A stretch of DNA of 63,484 nucleotides, counting the filler, from Stramenopiles sp. TOSAG23-2 (Eukaryota): NCBI GenBank assembly GCA_900128395.1. It is 5 parts of 5 records of this genome, joined end to end, with 100 filler letters (N's around TTAATTAATTAA, not from the genome) between each part and the next. Parts side by side here need not be neighbours in the genome. Positions count along the whole stretch, not along the records: positions 50,923 to 63,484 come from LT649845.1; 4 more parts are not named here. One strand, 5' to 3'. This document shows, in pieces, positions 61,231-63,484 of the stretch. Numbering within the stretch: position 1 is the stretch's first letter; each line of letters begins with the position of its first letter. A program made the translations under genes and the position numbers. The notes under the pieces were generated by a model. It searched no databases, had not been told where the DNA came from, and saw nothing but the letters and a program-made list of their open reading frames with translations.

Positions 61231-61619
61231 GTATGTCGTCGTTTGGGGATAGTGTAAGCGAAGTTGGAAGTATTTGGCAAGATCAATAGAGACCACACAC
61301 ACCATGCACTTTACAGCTGAAGACGTATTTATAAAAAGCTCGAGAACGTTAGTAAAAATTATTACGAATTCGTTAAATTATTACGAATATAATACGCGTA
61401 TGCATATATATAATATAGTATTAATGATGTCAATATCATAATATTAGTATTTTTAATACGAATATATTAGTAAATTCATACGCGTAATTTTAATTTTTAT
61501 TTTCTACCCATGACAATTCCTACTCTCAAAAGAATACAGTGTATCATATGCATAAATTAATTATTACGTATATGCCTATCTATTTAAACCCGACGTCCAG
61601 CCCGTTCAACGAATGAACA

Positions 61620-61710
61620 CATGCTTTGTAGAGTATTGGTTTGCAGACGTGTGCATTAGAGCTTTCTTATTACGTAGTAGGATTGAATATATTATCATAT
61701 TCCTGAGATT
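61620..61710 (+). repeat. Dispersed repeat family, diverged copy E
   Basis: catgctttgtagagtattggtttgcagacgtgtgcattagagcttt...gtaggat. Confidence 0.75.
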
Positions 61711-61760
61711 AAATAATAAAAAATAAAATAATAATATAAAAATACGATCGTACAGAAAAA

Positions 61761-61796
<36 letters not shown>

Positions 61797-62016
61797 GACG
61801 TACGAATCGTATAATATTTATATTAATTATTTACCTTTCGTAAGAACTAAATATTTCTCACATAATTCTCAATACGAATGTTCGTACATACGCACATATG
61901 ACATGATATGATATGTTTGAAATTTTCAAAATACTAAGAATAATATTTTTATATATATTCATATATATCAAATATATATATATATTTTGATATTTGGCAT
62001 TTTAATTGGAAAAAAA

Positions 62017-63483
62017 TTATTTTTTCTCAGCCTTCTTTGAAATATCGTATTTATTCACGTTAGATGGTGCTTTTGCTGAGCTAAGAGATGCCTTCTTTTT
62101 GGAGTCCCATGTATCACCATCGCCATATTTTGCAACCCATTCTTGGTTTGTAAATTCACCACCGGTCCATGAGGCTTGGAAATATTCACTTAAATCTACT
62201 GTGCCATTTGCTGCATCATCAATTCTTTCCTCCAACACATGTTGATAATGCCTGATTAAACCTTGCACTGGCCATGCTGCAGCATCTCCTAGCGCACAGA
62301 TTGTGTGCCCCTCGATTTGTCTAGAGACTTCTTCCAACATTGGAATCTCGCGTTTGTCAGCATCGCCAACTTCCATTCTGTCCAACATTTGCTCCAACCA
62401 ACCTGTACCTTCACGGCATGGGGTACATTGTCCACAACTCTCATGTTTGTAAAAATGTGCTAAACGTCTTATACATGCAACAGGATCAACCGATTTATCA
62501 AATACCGTCACAGCAGCTGTGCCTAAACCACTCTTTACTTCTTTCAATGCATCAAAATCCATCAAAACGTCGTCGCAAATAGTTTTAGGTATCACGGGTA
62601 CACTTGATCCACCTGGAATAGTGAACATCATATTATCCCATCCACCACGAACGCCCCCACAATGCTTTTCCAATAAATCCTTTAATGGAATGGACATTTC
62701 CTCCTCCACTGTACATGGGTTGTTAACGTGGCCACTAATACAGAACAACTTCGTTCCTGCGTTATTTGGACGTCCGAAGCTAGCAAACCAATCCCCGCCA
62801 CGTCTAAGGATTGTTGGGGATACCGCGACAGTTTCCACATTCGTTACTGTGGTTGGGCAACCATACAAACCGCAATTTGCTGGAAACGGGGGCTTCAACC
62901 GTGGTTTTCCTTGTCTCCCTTCTAAACTTTCTAAAAGTCCAGTTTCCTCACCACATATATATGCGCCAGCTCCTCTATGCAAATATACATCAAAATCATA
63001 TCCAGAACCACAGGCATTTGCACCAAGAAATCCTTTTTGGTAGGCTTCATGAATTGCCTCTTCCAATATCATAGCTTCGTTAAAGAATTCACCACGAATA
63101 TATATATACGCAGCACGCGCACGCATAGCAAAACCAGCGAGTAAACAACCTTCAACTAATTTGTGTGGTTCTTTTCTCATGATTTCTCTGTCTTTGCAGG
63201 TACCAGGTTCACTCTCGTCCGCATTGACTACTAAAAATTGCGGGCGTCCATCATTTGATGCTTTAGGCATAAAGCTCCACTTTAAGCCGGACGGGAATCC
63301 AGCACCACCACGTCCACGTAAACCACTTTTTTTTATTTCATCAACAATACCGTCAGGGCCCATAGTTAACAAATCTTTTGTACGGTGCCAATCGCCACGT
63401 TTGACGGCGTCATCGATACGCCAACTTTGCTCGCCATATATATTGCTAAAAATCCTATCTTGATCTTGTAATCCACCATACAC
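62017..63483 (-). CDS. NDUFV1: Complex I 51-kDa flavoprotein subunit (5' end outside the window)
   Basis: [69 protein letters not shown]. Confidence 0.97.
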   Translation of the reverse strand: MYGGLQDQDRIFSNIYGEQSWRIDDAVKRGDWHRTKDLLTMGPDGIVDEIKKSGLRGRGGAGFPSGLKWSFMPKASNDGRPQFLVVNADESEPGTCKDREIMRKEPHKLVEGCLLAGFAMRARAAYIYIRGEFFNEAMILEEAIHEAYQKGFLGANACGSGYDFDVYLHRGAGAYICGEETGLLESLEGRQGKPRLKPPFPANCGLYGCPTTVTNVETVAVSPTILRRGGDWFASFGRPNNAGTKLFCISGHVNNPCTVEEEMSIPLKDLLEKHCGGVRGGWDNMMFTIPGGSSVPVIPKTICDDVLMDFDALKEVKSGLGTAAVTVFDKSVDPVACIRRLAHFYKHESCGQCTPCREGTGWLEQMLDRMEVGDADKREIPMLEEVSRQIEGHTICALGDAAAWPVQGLIRHYQHVLEERIDDAANGTVDLSEYFQASWTGGEFTNQEWVAKYGDGDTWDSKKKASLSSAKAPSNVNKYDISKKAEKK

Positions 63484-63484
63484 A

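Overview
This window is not a contiguous locus. It joins five unrelated ~12.6 kb contigs (1-12655, 12756-25381, 25482-38103, 38204-50822, 50923-end), ordered by decreasing length and separated by an artificial 100-nt linker (44 N + TTAATTAATTAA + 44 N). The DNA is AT-rich, nearly intron-free eukaryotic nuclear sequence from a flagellated protist (axonemal dynein, enkurin). By inference from the uL1 insertion and the NDUFV1 C-terminal extension it is probably a heterotrophic stramenopile, assembled from single-cell or metagenomic data. Recognisable genes are RPL10A, DERA, an axonemal dynein heavy chain, MCM5 (partial), RRP17/NOL12, a TFIIB-family factor, a Ras-family GTPase, enkurin, NDUFV1, a Tim17-family protein, a PX-ankyrin protein and tRNA-Phe. 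Many near-exact 40-170 bp tandem duplications and a 2.2-kb palindrome look like assembly or amplification artefacts, and they split several genes. The best biological signals are: (1) three intronless, bacterial-looking hydrolases ending in canonical PTS1 (SRL, SKL, SKL) and a dehydrogenase-like protein ending AKI, suggesting a peroxisomal catabolic set, with a stand-alone D-glutamate cyclase-family gene on another contig; (2) a reconstructed ~655-aa secreted coiled-coil protein with a Cys-rich RGD head and an embedded cationic amphipathic helix; (3) a dispersed ~130-170 bp repeat found next to gene 3' ends on three contigs; (4) three different inverted-repeat (MITE-like) elements. No searches were run; family assignments rest on recognised motifs.
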